Positions 1 to 9,205 of a stretch of DNA of 64,000 nucleotides are shown one piece after another. The first letter of the stretch is position 1. Each line of letters opens with the position of its first letter. A program made the translations under genes and the position numbers. The stretch is from an uncultured Actinomycetes bacterium (GTDB taxonomy: Bacteria > Actinomycetota > Thermoleophilia > Solirubrobacterales > Solirubrobacteraceae), in NCBI GenBank assembly GCA_963816845.1, contig CAWFMR010000050.1, positions 58,993 through 122,992 on the forward strand, read 5' to 3'. The notes beneath the pieces are model-generated. The model searched no databases and was not told the DNA's origin. It saw only the letters and a list, made by a program, of their open reading frames with translations.

Positions 1-414
1 CTCGACGACAACGCCGTGCGCTTCGTCGCGCTGGCCGACGCGCCGATCGACTACTCGGCGGCGCGCGAGGCCCAGCTCGTGCGCGACGGGCACGCCCGTA
101 CCTGCGCGAGGTCTGGCACGACGCGCACTGGCGCGTCTACGCGGTCGCCGGCGCCCGTCCGCTGGCCAGCGGCGCGGCGCGCGTGACCGCGGTGGAGCCC
201 GAGCGCGTGCGCCTGACGGCGAGCCGGGCCGGCGCTGGTCGACCTGCGCGTGCGCTTCACCCCGTACTGGCGGATCGCGACCGGCACCGGCTGCGTCGGC
301 GAGGGACCCGGAGGCTGGACGCGGCTGCGCGTCGAGCGCCCCGGACCGGTGGTCCTGGAGGCCTCGTTCGCCCTCGGACGTGTGCGCGCGAGCGCGCCGC
401 GATGCACCGGTTGA
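1..414 (+). pseudogene. 3' fragment of an unidentified gene (5' end lies outside the window). The frame changes at about 93-99 and 228-236.
   Basis: The translation is protein-like only if three frames are spliced: ..AREAQLVRDGHA / YLREVWHDAHWRVYAVAGARPLASGAARVTAVEPERVRLTA / LVDLRVRFTPYWRIATGTGCVGEGPGGWTRLRVERPGPVVLEASFALGR. Stop TGA at 412-414. No family recognised. Confidence 0.3.
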
Positions 415-512
415 GGGCGGAGAACCGCCGCCGCCGGCGAACCACAAGCGGATCGAAGGTTCCTGTTAGGTGTGGTTAGCCGTCCTTCCGGGCAACCGAG
501 ACGGTCATTAAG

Positions 513-1298
513 ATGCGTGTACCAATGCTCTTGGCCCGCGCCCGTTCCCTCCAGGCGCGCCTCCTGCCCCACGGTCTGCTCGACGTGGTGCGTCAGGTGC
601 TGCTCTTCGCTGCCGCGTACTACGCGTACCGGCTGGTACGGGGTTGGATCGACGATCCGCAGGGCGCCACGGTGGCCTTCGCCAACGCGCGCCACCTGAT
701 CCACTTCGAGCAGACCATGGGCTTCTTCGTCGAGCCCAGCGTGCAGGCCTGGGCGTCGACCAAGCCGGCGATCATCGACTTCGCCAGCTGGGTCTACCTC
801 AACTGCCAGACCTCGGTGACCCTCGGCGCGCTGGTCTTCCTCTACCTCTTCCACAACAAGAGCTTCTACTTCGTGCGCAACATGTTCATGGTCGCCATGG
901 GCATCGCGCTCGTCGGCTACACCGTGATGCCGACCGCGCCGCCGCGCTTCTTCCCCGAGTGGGGCTTCCTGGACTCCGTCTCGGACTTCACCGGCGTCAG
1001 CCACGACTCGGTGGTGGCCAACGCGCTCTTCAACCCCTACGCGGCCGTCCCGTCGATGCACGTCTGCTTCGCGCTGCTGATCGGCGTCACGCTCGCGCGG
1101 CTGTCCAAGCACCGCGTGACGCGCATCGCCTGGGGCCTGTACCCGCTGCTCGTGACCTTCGTGATCGTCGCCACCGGCAACCACTTCCTGGCCGACGCGA
1201 TGCTCGGCGCCGTCACGGCCGGCCTCTCCGCCTGGGCCGCCAGCTGGCTGGCCCGCGCCCGCCCGACCGCCTGGGCCTTCAGCGCCGCCAAGGCCTGA
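513..1298 (+). CDS. PAP2_3-superfamily integral membrane protein (Aur1/IPC-synthase-like phosphoesterase/phosphotransferase fold)
   Basis: 261-aa ORF with several hydrophobic segments. PAP2 C2/C3-like signatures are present: AAVPSMHVCF and ATGNHFLADAMLGA. The stop overlaps the next start (TGATG at 1296-1300). Confidence 0.7.
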   Translation: MRVPMLLARARSLQARLLPHGLLDVVRQVLLFAAAYYAYRLVRGWIDDPQGATVAFANARHLIHFEQTMGFFVEPSVQAWASTKPAIIDFASWVYLNCQTSVTLGALVFLYLFHNKSFYFVRNMFMVAMGIALVGYTVMPTAPPRFFPEWGFLDSVSDFTGVSHDSVVANALFNPYAAVPSMHVCFALLIGVTLARLSKHRVTRIAWGLYPLLVTFVIVATGNHFLADAMLGAVTAGLSAWAASWLARARPTAWAFSAAKA

Positions 1299-1924
1299 TG
1301 GCCACGCCCGCGCAGACCCCCCGGCCCCGTCGCCGGGAGCCGGGCGTGCGCCGCGACGCGATGCGCGACCGGCTCATCGAGTCGCGCCTGACGCCCAACG
1401 CCATCTCGCTCACCGGGTTCGCGCTCAACGTGGTGGCGGCCGTGCTCGTCTGGCAGGAGCTCTTCATCTGGGGCGGGATCGCCTTCATCGTCGGGTCGGT
1501 GTGCGACACGCTCGACGGGCGCTACTCGCGCATGTCGGGCAAGGGCACGCAGTTCGGCGCCTTCCTGGACTCGACGCTCGACCGCATCGAGGAGGGCATC
1601 GTGCTGACCGCGGTGGCCCACGTCTTCGCCAAGCAGGGCAACGACTTCGCGGCGGCGGCGGTCGTCGTCGCCGTGCTCGCCTCCCTCATGGTGAGCTACA
1701 CACGCGCACGCGCCGAGGCCCTCGGGGTCGAGTGCAAGGTCGGCATCGCCAACCGCGCGGTCCGCGTCGTGATCCTCTCGGCCGGTATCGTGTTCGCCGA
1801 CCTGGACCTCCTGGCACCCGCCGTGTACGTGCTGGCGGGGCTGGGCACCATCACCGTCCTGCAGCGGATCCTGCACGTGCGCAAGGAGCTCAACCGGCTC
1901 GCGCAACCGGCCTCCGATCTGTAA
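1298..1924 (+). CDS. pgsA: CDP-alcohol phosphatidyltransferase, phosphatidylinositol-phosphate synthase type
   Basis: 208 aa. The family motif D-x2-DG-x2-AR..G-x3-D-x3-D is present as CDTLDGRYSRMSGKGTQFGAFLDSTLDRIEE. Multi-TM protein, located between the PAP2 gene and ino1. Confidence 0.8.
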   Translation: MATPAQTPRPRRREPGVRRDAMRDRLIESRLTPNAISLTGFALNVVAAVLVWQELFIWGGIAFIVGSVCDTLDGRYSRMSGKGTQFGAFLDSTLDRIEEGIVLTAVAHVFAKQGNDFAAAAVVVAVLASLMVSYTRARAEALGVECKVGIANRAVRVVILSAGIVFADLDLLAPAVYVLAGLGTITVLQRILHVRKELNRLAQPASDL

Positions 1925-1980
1925 CCGGCGGTCAACGACGGGGTTGGATCCGTCGGAAATACATCGAAGGGAACTTCACC

Positions 1981-3190
1981 TTGAGCACCAACGGCAACGG
2001 CGCCGCGGCGACCGACGGCGCTGCGACGAACGGCAAGGCCCGCTACCAGCACGACAAGGTCCGGGTGGCCATCATCGGCGTCGGCAACTGCGCGAACTCC
2101 TTCGTGCAGGGCGTCCACCACTACCGCGACGCCGACCCCAAGGTCCGCGTCCCGGGCCTCATGCACGTCGATCTCGGCGGCTATCACGTGAGCGACATCG
2201 AGTTCACGTGCGCCTTCGACGTCAACAAGACGAAGGTCGGCAAGGACCTCGGCGAGGCCATCTGGGCCGACCCGAACAACACGATCAAGTTCACCAAGAT
2301 GCCGAAGAAGCTCGGCATCCCGGTCCACCGCGGGATGACGCACGACGGCATCGGCAAGTACGCCGCGCAGAAGATCACCAAGGCGTCCGGCGAGACCGCC
2401 GACATCGTCTCGATCCTCAAGGAGACGCACACCGACGTCGTCGTCTCCTACCTGCCCGTCGGCTCCGAGCAGGCCACCAAGTGGTACGTGGAGCAGGTCC
2501 TCGAGGCCGGCTGCGCGTTCGTGAACTGCATTCCCGGTGTTCATCGCGCGCGAGGACTACTGGGACAAGCGCTTCAAGAAGGCCGGCCTGCCGGTCATCG
2601 GCGACGACATCAAGTCGCAGGTCGGCGCCACCATCACCCATCGCGTGCTGGCCCGCCTCTTCCACGAGCGCGGCGTCAAGCTGCGGCGCACGTCGCAGCT
2701 CAACGTGGGCGGCAACATGGACTTCTTCAACATGCTCGAGCGCGAGCGCCTGGAGTCCAAGAAGATCTCCAAGACCAACGCGGTGACCTCGGTCGCCGGC
2801 CTGGAGATGGACGCCGACGACGTCCACGTCGGCCCCTCGGACTACGTGCCGTGGCTGACCGACCGCAAGTGGGCCCACATCCGCCTGGAGGGCGAGGCGT
2901 TCGGCGGCGTGCCGCTCAACGCCGAGCTCAAGCTCGAGGTGTGGGACTCGCCCAACTCGGCCGGCATCGTCATCGACGCGGTGCGCTGCCTGAAGCTGGC
3001 GCTCAACCACGGCGTCAGCGGCCAGCTCGACGGCCCGAGCTCGTACCTCATGAAGTCGCCGCACAACCAGCGGCCCGACGACGAGGCGCGCGACGCGACG
3101 GAGAAGTTCATCGCCAAGTACGCGCGCAAGCCCGGCACGGCGCCCAAGGGCCGCAAGGCCCCGGCCCGGAAGGCCGCCGCGAAGGCGTAG
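1981..3190 (+). pseudogene. ino1: myo-inositol-1-phosphate synthase, with one +1 frame break at about 2533-2537 as assembled
   Basis: N-terminal part (frame of ORF 1501..3522): VRVAIIGVGNCANSFVQG...[30 protein letters not shown]. This continues in ORF 2537..3190 as [33 protein letters not shown]...NMDFFNML. The conserved NCIPVFIA junction is broken by one extra base in attcccggtgttc. A TTG start at 1981 lies 9 nt after GAAGGG. Length mod 3 = 1. Confidence 0.85.
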
Positions 3191-3358
3191 GTCGGTCGGT
3201 TAACCGCCTCATCCGCCGGGTGGACGCCAAGATGGTCCACCCGGCCGACGACGGCGGGAAGCGTCCTGCGTACCTTGCGTCATACGACGTAAGGAACCGC
3301 GCAGGCTCCGCACTCTCCTCCAGCGGACGCGGCACTCTCCTCCAAGCATCGCGACAAC

Positions 3359-3379
3359 GGGCCGCCCATCGGGCGGCCC
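3359..3379 (+). terminator. GC-rich hairpin (9-bp perfect stem gggccgccc/gggcggccc, 3-nt loop) downstream of ino1
   Basis: Read directly from the sequence. There is no clear U-tail, which is common in high-GC genomes. It lies in the 220-nt ino1 / paaK-like spacer. Confidence 0.4.
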
Positions 3380-3410
3380 GTCGCGTTGCGCGGTCGGCTA
3401 GCGTGCGCGC

Positions 3411-4691
3411 GTGGCCGATGCCGCGGCGCTGCGAGCCCAGCTCGCCTACCTGGAGCGCAGCTCGCCCTTCTACCGCGAGCGGCTGGCCGGCGCGCAGTCG
3501 CTCGAGGACGTCCCGCTGCTGACCAAGGCGCAGCTGCGCGCCTCGCAGGCCGCGCGCCCGCCCTTCGGCGAGCACCTGTGCGCGTCCCCCGAGGCGCTCG
3601 TGCGCCTGCACGTCACATCGGGGACGACCGGGGATCCCGTGGCCATCGGGCTCACGCGCGCAGACCACGAGGCCAACTCGGCCATCGGCGGCGCCGCGTT
3701 CGCCATCGCGGGCGTGCGCGACGACGACGTCATCGCCCACTGCCTCAACTACGCGCTCTACGCCGGCGGCATCGCCGACCACATGGCGCTCGAGGCCTCG
3801 GGCGCGACCGTGGTGCCCGTGGGCGTGGGCCAGTCGCAGCGGCTGCTCGACCTCATCCCCCGCCTGGGGCTCACGGCGATCTACGGCACGCTGTCGTTCC
3901 CGGCGCACCTGGCGGGCCGCGCGCGCGACGCCGGCATCGATCCGGCGACGCTGGGCCTGCGCCACATCGTCACCGCGGGCGAGCCCGGCGCGGGCTTGGG
4001 CGCGGTGCGTGCGCAGATCGAGAGCACCTGGGGCGCCTCGGTGGCCGACAGCTTCGGGATGAGCGACGTGTGGTCGACCATGGCCGGCGAGTGCGAGGCG
4101 CGCCAGGGGCTGCACCTGACCACCGACGGCTGGGCGATCCTCGAGCTCGTCGAGCCCGGGACCGGCGCGCCGCTGGCGATCGAGGACGACGCCTTCGGCG
4201 AGCTCGTGTGGACCCACCTGCGCCGGGAGGCCTCGCCCCTGCTGCGCTATCGCTCGGGCGACCTCGCGCGCGTGTGGACGTCGCCCTGCGCCTGCGGGCG
4301 CAGCGGCGTGCGGATCCGCATCGAGGGTCGCGTGGACGACATGCTGCGCGTGCAGGCGGTCAACGTGCACCCCGGCGCGATCGGCGCCGTGCTGGGACGC
4401 TTCGACGGGCTCGGGCGCTACGCGGTGGTGGCCGACGGCGACCCGATCGTCCCGCCCCTGCGCGTCTTCGTCGAGACGGCGGACGGGATCGAGGGGGTCG
4501 ACACGGCGCTGCGCACCGAGCTGGGCGCGCGCTTCGAGGTACAGGCGGTGGCGCCGGGGACGCTGCCGGTGGGCGAGCAGAAGACACGCGTCGTGTACCG
4601 CACGGCGCGGGGAGAGGAAATCCAATTGGCACACCCCCTCCCGCAACCTGACAACACTTCGGAGCGATCAGAAGGGGGGCCGTGGGCCTGA
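3411..4691 (+). CDS. Phenylacetate-CoA ligase (PaaK)/coenzyme F390 synthetase-like adenylate-forming enzyme
   Basis: 426 aa, GTG start. Motifs include HVTSGTTGDPV (the AMP-binding TSGTTG) and the PaaK-like layout YGTLSFPAHLA...TAGEPG...YRSGD. Confidence 0.7.
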   Translation: MADAAALRAQLAYLERSSPFYRERLAGAQSLEDVPLLTKAQLRASQAARPPFGEHLCASPEALVRLHVTSGTTGDPVAIGLTRADHEANSAIGGAAFAIAGVRDDDVIAHCLNYALYAGGIADHMALEASGATVVPVGVGQSQRLLDLIPRLGLTAIYGTLSFPAHLAGRARDAGIDPATLGLRHIVTAGEPGAGLGAVRAQIESTWGASVADSFGMSDVWSTMAGECEARQGLHLTTDGWAILELVEPGTGAPLAIEDDAFGELVWTHLRREASPLLRYRSGDLARVWTSPCACGRSGVRIRIEGRVDDMLRVQAVNVHPGAIGAVLGRFDGLGRYAVVADGDPIVPPLRVFVETADGIEGVDTALRTELGARFEVQAVAPGTLPVGEQKTRVVYRTARGEEIQLAHPLPQPDNTSERSEGGPWA

Positions 4692-5444
4692 CGACCGTCA
4701 CGGTGAGCGAACTGGGGTCGGCGCGCGTGGTGACGTGGGACCGCCAGGCGAATCGCAACGCCTGGACGCGCGACACGATCGAGGCGATCGCCGACGGCAT
4801 CGAGGCCGCGGGCGCCGACGAGGCGGTGCGCTGCGTGATCGCGCGCGGCGCCGGCGAGCACTTCTCGGCCGGCGACGACCTCTTCGCCGCCATCGACGCC
4901 ACTCCCGAGTCGTGGGCGGCGACCGTCAGGGCCTTCCAGCGCGTGACGAGCGCCGCGCTCGCCGCGCCGGTCCCGGTGCTCGCGGCCATCGACGGGGTCT
5001 GCATCGGCGGCGCCCTCGAGTTCGCGGCCAGCTGCGACCTGCGGATCGCCACCGACCGCGCGCGCTTCGGCACGCCCGAGGTCGGCATCGGGCTGACCTA
5101 CACCAACGCCGGCTCGCACTTCCTGCCCTCGACCATGGGCGAGACCGCCGCGCGCGAGCTGCTGCTCACGGGCGCCCTGCGCGACGTCGCGTGGGCCGAG
5201 CGCCACCGCTTCGTCAACGAGGTCGTCCCGGCCGCCGACTTCGACGAGCGCGTCGCGGCCTGGGCCGCGGGCTTCGACGACGTCTCGCGTGCCGCCGTCG
5301 CCCGCACCAAGGCGATGCTCAACGACCGCTTCGGCGACCTGCTCGGCGCCGCCATGGAGCGCGAGGAGCGCGCCTGCATCGAGCTCTTCGACGGCCCCGA
5401 CGCGCCGGCCGCGCTCGCCGTCGTTCGCCCAGCGCCGGCGGTAG
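4682..5444 (+). pseudogene. Enoyl-CoA hydratase/isomerase (crotonase) family protein. A probable +1 frame break sits near 5415-5421, close to the 3' end.
   Basis: GVCIGGALEFAASCDLRIATDRARFGTPEVGIGL is a typical crotonase oxyanion-hole region. The in-frame ORF runs on to 7345 without a stop. A one-base shift gives the crotonase-like ending ..ALASFAQRRR with TAG at 5442-5444. Length mod 3 = 1. Confidence 0.6.
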
Positions 5445-5475
5445 CGCGCGGCGCCACAGGACTATTCTGCCCGCG

Positions 5476-7345
5476 GTGCCCGAGCCGCTGTCCATCGCCC
5501 AGGTCACGCCCTATCCGTGGGAGGACCGCCACGACGTCAACACGTTCGTCGCGCGCGTGTCCGACGAGCTCGCGCTGCGCGGGCATCGGGTCATCGTCGT
5601 CGCGCCGTCGTCCTCGCGCGCGCTGGTGCGCGACTCGCGCCGGGCCGTGCGCGGCGGCGCGCTCGAGCCCGCCCCGGGCGAGGTGCGCGTGCTGGCCGTG
5701 GGCGAGGCGCTCCCGCCGCTGCCGGGCCGCCGTCGGGCGGCACTGCCGATCGACGTCGCGCGCACGATCTCGGACCTCTTCGAGAGCGCCGCGCTCGATC
5801 TGTGCCACGTGCACGAGCCCTTCGCGCCCAGCGTGGCCAGCACCGCCCTGCGCCACTCGCGCGCGCTCAACGTCGGCACCTTCCACGCACCGACCGAGCG
5901 CGTCGTCGCCACCCAGGTCGCGCGCAAGGTCGTGCAGCTCGTCTTCGGGCGCCTCGACGCGCGCACCGCGACCTTCGCCGCGACCGCGGACCTGCTGCGC
6001 CGCTTCTTCCCCGGTGAGTACGCGATCGTCGCGCCCGGCGCCGACCCGCTCCCCCGACCCGAGCGCGACGACGACGCGCCCGATCCGGATCGCCTTCGTC
6101 GAGCAGGAGGAGCGCGGCGCCCTGCGGCTCTTCCTGCGCTCGCTGCGCCGCCTCGATCCGGCCTCGCGCTGGGAGGCGGTCATCCATTCCGAGCGCGGCC
6201 CGTCCTCCTCGACGCCGCTGCGCGCCGACCTGCTCGAGCGCGTGCGCTTCGTCGACGACGCCGACACGGCGCTGGCGGGCGCCGACGTGCTCGTCGCCGC
6301 CTCGGACGGCGTCGCGCCCGCGCCCGGGCTCATCGCCCGCGCCCAGGCGGCCGGCGCCGTGCCGGTCGCCTCGCGCCTGGCCGTCTACGAGGAGGCGCTG
6401 GGCGACGGCGAGGCCGGGCTGCTCTTCGAGCCCAACGACCTCGAGACCCTCACCGCGCAGCTCGGCCGGCTGGTCGTCGACCGCGAGCTGCGCGAGCGCC
6501 TGCGCGCGGCGGCGCGGCCGCGGCCGTGGAGCATGGTGGCCGACGAGCTCGAGGCGCTCTACCGCACGCTCGCCGCGCGCCGCCACGGCGCCCGCGGCAA
6601 CGCCGAGATCGCCCGCAGGCTGCAGAGCCGGCCCACGATCGACGTCGACCTGCACATGCACACCGACCACAGCCACGACTGCGCGACCCCCGTCGAGGTG
6701 CTGCTGGCCACGGCGCGCGCCCAGGGCCTGGGCGCGATCGCGGTGACCGACCACAACGAGGTCTCCGGAGCGCTCGAGGCCGCGGCCAAGGCGGCCGACT
6801 ACGGGGTCAAGATCATCGTCGGCGAGGAGGTCAAGACCGCGCATCAGGGTGAGGTCATCGGCCTGTTCTTGAAGGAGAAGATCCCCCGGGGCCTCACCCT
6901 GGAGGAGACGGTGGCCGAGATCCGCCGCCAGGGCGGCGTGGTCTACGTGCCCCATCCGTTCGACCGCATGCACGCCGTGCCCGACTACGAGCACCTGCTC
7001 GACGTCGTCGAGGACGTCGACGCCATCGAGGTCTACAACCCGCGCGTGGCGATCGGCTCCTTCAACGAGGAGGCGGCGCGCTTCGCGGCCAAGTACCGCA
7101 TCCCGGCGGGCGCCGGCTCGGACGCCCATGTCGCCCAGGGGCTGGGCTCGGTGCGCGTGCGCATGCCCGACTTCGACGGGCCCGCCGAGTTCCTCGAGGC
7201 GCTGCGCGCCGCCGAGATCATCACCAAGCCGTCGAGCCTGCTCTACGTGCAGGCCCTGAAGTTCCTCGAGACGAAGGCCACGCCGCCGGGTGCGCGCGAG
7301 CGCCGGCGCGAGCGCCGCGTGCGCCGCGCGATCCGCAAGCCGTGA
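5476..7345 (+). pseudogene. GT4 glycosyltransferase (PimA-like) fused to a C-terminal PHP phosphoesterase domain. One +1 frame break at about 6076-6082 as assembled.
   Basis: GTG start at 5476. The N-terminus MPEPLSIAQVTPYPWEDRHDVNTFVARVSDELALRGHRVIVVAPSS is the GT4 N-domain. After the break comes IRIAFVEQEERGALRLFL...VPVASRLAVYEEALGDGEAGLLFEP (GT4 C-domain). The PHP domain follows: IDVDLHMHTDHSHD..AVTDHNEV..VYVPHPFD..GAGSDAHV. Length mod 3 = 1. Confidence 0.75.
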
Positions 7346-7998
7346 TGCAGGCGCAAGGACGACCTGCGGACCCGTCGAAGCCCGCAGGACCCATGCCCGC
7401 GACCGACGACGAGATCCGCGAGAAATACCTCGAGCGCGCCATCCGCGAGCTCAACACCCTGACCCGCGAGCTGCAGAGCTGCCAGCACTGCCCGCGCGGC
7501 AACCTGATGCCCGTCCTGGGCTCCGGCCATCCCCAGGCCGACGTCTTCCTGCTCAAGTTCGCGCCCGCCGCGAGCGAGGTGGAGGAGGGCGTCGCCTTCT
7601 ACGGGCGCAGCGGCACGGCGCTCATGAAGTCGCTCAAGCGGCTGGGCATCGACCCGCTGGCCGTCTACGGGACGCTGTGCGTGAAGTGCCCGGTGAGCGA
7701 CCCGTCGCTGGCCGACCCGGCCTGCATCGCCCGCGTGCTCGAGGAGCTGGCCATCGTGGCGCCCAAGATCGTCGTGGTCATGGGCGAGGACGCGCTGGCC
7801 GCGCTCAACGACCTCGACGTGCCCCTGGCCAAGTCGATCGACCCGGAGCTCGGCGTCGTCCAGGCCTTCACGCCGGCCTGCGAGGCGCTCTTCGTGCCGA
7901 ACATCGACGAGGCCCTCGACGAGGAGGCCGCCAAGCGCGAGTTCTGGTCGGCCTTCAGGGTGCTGGGCGAGTGGTACGAGGACCTGCCGCCCTACTAG
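7342..7998 (+). CDS. Uracil-DNA glycosylase superfamily protein (family 4/5-like, probable Fe-S type)
   Basis: 218 aa. Cys pairs CQHCPRG and LCVKCP are present, along with a UDG-like core GSGHPQADVFLLKFAPAA...GRSG...VVVMGEDA. The GTGA overlap at 7342-7345 joins it to the previous gene. Confidence 0.65.
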   Translation: MMQAQGRPADPSKPAGPMPATDDEIREKYLERAIRELNTLTRELQSCQHCPRGNLMPVLGSGHPQADVFLLKFAPAASEVEEGVAFYGRSGTALMKSLKRLGIDPLAVYGTLCVKCPVSDPSLADPACIARVLEELAIVAPKIVVVMGEDALAALNDLDVPLAKSIDPELGVVQAFTPACEALFVPNIDEALDEEAAKREFWSAFRVLGEWYEDLPPY

Positions 7999-8684
7999 CC
8001 GTTGTCGGCGCCGCCCTCGCCTACTTCCTCGTCGCCCCTGAGCTCCCGCAGCTGCACCCGCCGGAGCTCTCGGCGCTGGTGGCGTCCGCGATCGGGCTGA
8101 CCTTCGTCGTGGCCATCGTGGCGGGGCTGGCCGCGATGGCCGACTCGCCCTTCACCCTGTTCCCCGCCGTGCTCGGCGCCGGGCTGCTGGTGGCGGCGCT
8201 CGACGCCAACGACGTCGCGGCGGCCGCGACGCCCTTCGAGGTCATCCTGCTGGGCTGCCTGGGGATCGCCTTCGCCGTCGTCTTCGACGTGCCGGCGCTC
8301 GCCGTCGCGCTGCCGCTCTTCCTCGGGGCCATCGACGTCGCCCAGGCGCTCGGGGGCGGATCGGCGGGGCTGTTCACGCTGTCGACCGCGAAGCCCGGCG
8401 ACGTGCTCACGCTCGACCTCCCCGACTGGGGCACGGGGCTCGCCGCCGCCCGGCTGAGCGCCACCGACGTCGTCTTCCTCGGCGCCTTCGCGGCCTATGC
8501 GCGGCGCCTGAGGATGCGCGAGCGCGCCGCGGAGGTCGGCATGCTCGTGGGCCTCCTGGTCGCCGTCGCCTCCGAGGTCCTGCTCGACACCGAGCTGCCG
8601 ACGATCGCCCTCATGGCCGTGGGCTATCTGGCGCCGAATGTCGACCGCCTCGGCGCACTGTTCGCGCGTCCCGCGGACGAGTAA
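7971..8684 (+). CDS. Hypothetical polytopic membrane protein
   Basis: C-terminal 237 codons of ORF 7290..8684. The sequence is strongly hydrophobic and Ala/Leu/Val-rich. The first plausible start after the UDG gene is GTG at 7971. Confidence 0.5.
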   Translation: MVRGPAALLAVVGAALAYFLVAPELPQLHPPELSALVASAIGLTFVVAIVAGLAAMADSPFTLFPAVLGAGLLVAALDANDVAAAATPFEVILLGCLGIAFAVVFDVPALAVALPLFLGAIDVAQALGGGSAGLFTLSTAKPGDVLTLDLPDWGTGLAAARLSATDVVFLGAFAAYARRLRMRERAAEVGMLVGLLVAVASEVLLDTELPTIALMAVGYLAPNVDRLGALFARPADE

Positions 8685-8694
8685 CGTGCGGTGC

Positions 8695-8874
8695 ATGGAC
8701 CTCGAGGAGAAGACGCTTGAGCAGGTGGGCGACCGCTGCGAGGAGTGCGGGGCCAAGCTGACCGAGCAGGAGCTCGAGCAGGTGCTCGAGTCGGGCGGCC
8801 CGGCGCTGTGCACGGTGCACGCGCAGGAGGAGGTCGCGGTCTCCGACGAGGACGCGCTCGAAGAGGACGTCTGA
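8695..8874 (+). CDS. Small acidic protein with a C-x2-C...C-x2-H motif (zinc-ribbon-like)
   Basis: MDLEEKTLEQVGDRCEECGAKLTEQELEQVLESGGPALCTVHAQEE.., 59 aa, ATG at 8695. Confidence 0.4.
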   Translation: MDLEEKTLEQVGDRCEECGAKLTEQELEQVLESGGPALCTVHAQEEVAVSDEDALEEDV

Positions 8875-8902
8875 GGCGGGTCCCCGGCCGAAGGCCTGAC
8901 TG

Positions 8903-9205
8903 TTAGGCCCAGTATTCGACGGCGCCGGCGATCCTGCCGTCGTGCAGGTCGTAGATGCCCGCGCAGCGCCGGTCGCCGACGCGCGCCTCGATGACCGCGG
9001 CCTTGCCGTCGACCACCGAGCGCAGCACCTCGATCTCGCCCTCGCCGCGGCCGGCCGCGACGCGGTGCGCCGCGAGGTAGTCCTCGACGCCCAGCCGCGT
9101 GCCGTCGCCGGCGCGCTCGACGACGGCCGACGGGTGGAACTGGGCCCGCGCGGCCTCCCAGTCGTGGCGGGCGAGCCCGCGCCACAGGCGCTCGGCGGCG
9201 TTCAC
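8903..9205 (-). CDS. NTF2/SnoaL-like small protein
   Basis: 100 aa: VNAAERLWRGLARHDWEAARAQFHPSAVVE...AGIYDLHDGRIAGAVEYWA. Its GTG overlaps the qor stop (GTGA at 9202-9205). Confidence 0.5.
   Translation of the reverse strand: MNAAERLWRGLARHDWEAARAQFHPSAVVERAGDGTRLGVEDYLAAHRVAAGRGEGEIEVLRSVVDGKAAVIEARVGDRRCAGIYDLHDGRIAGAVEYWA

Noticed and set aside
4682-7345. An 887-aa ORF that looks like a crotonase-GT-PHP triple fusion
   Set aside because: The middle about 640 nt (5445-6080) of this frame is Arg/Ser/Pro junk. The GT4 N-domain is in another frame, starting at GTG 5476. A crotonase-like C-terminus plus stop appears after a one-base shift. I interpret this as two genes plus frame errors.
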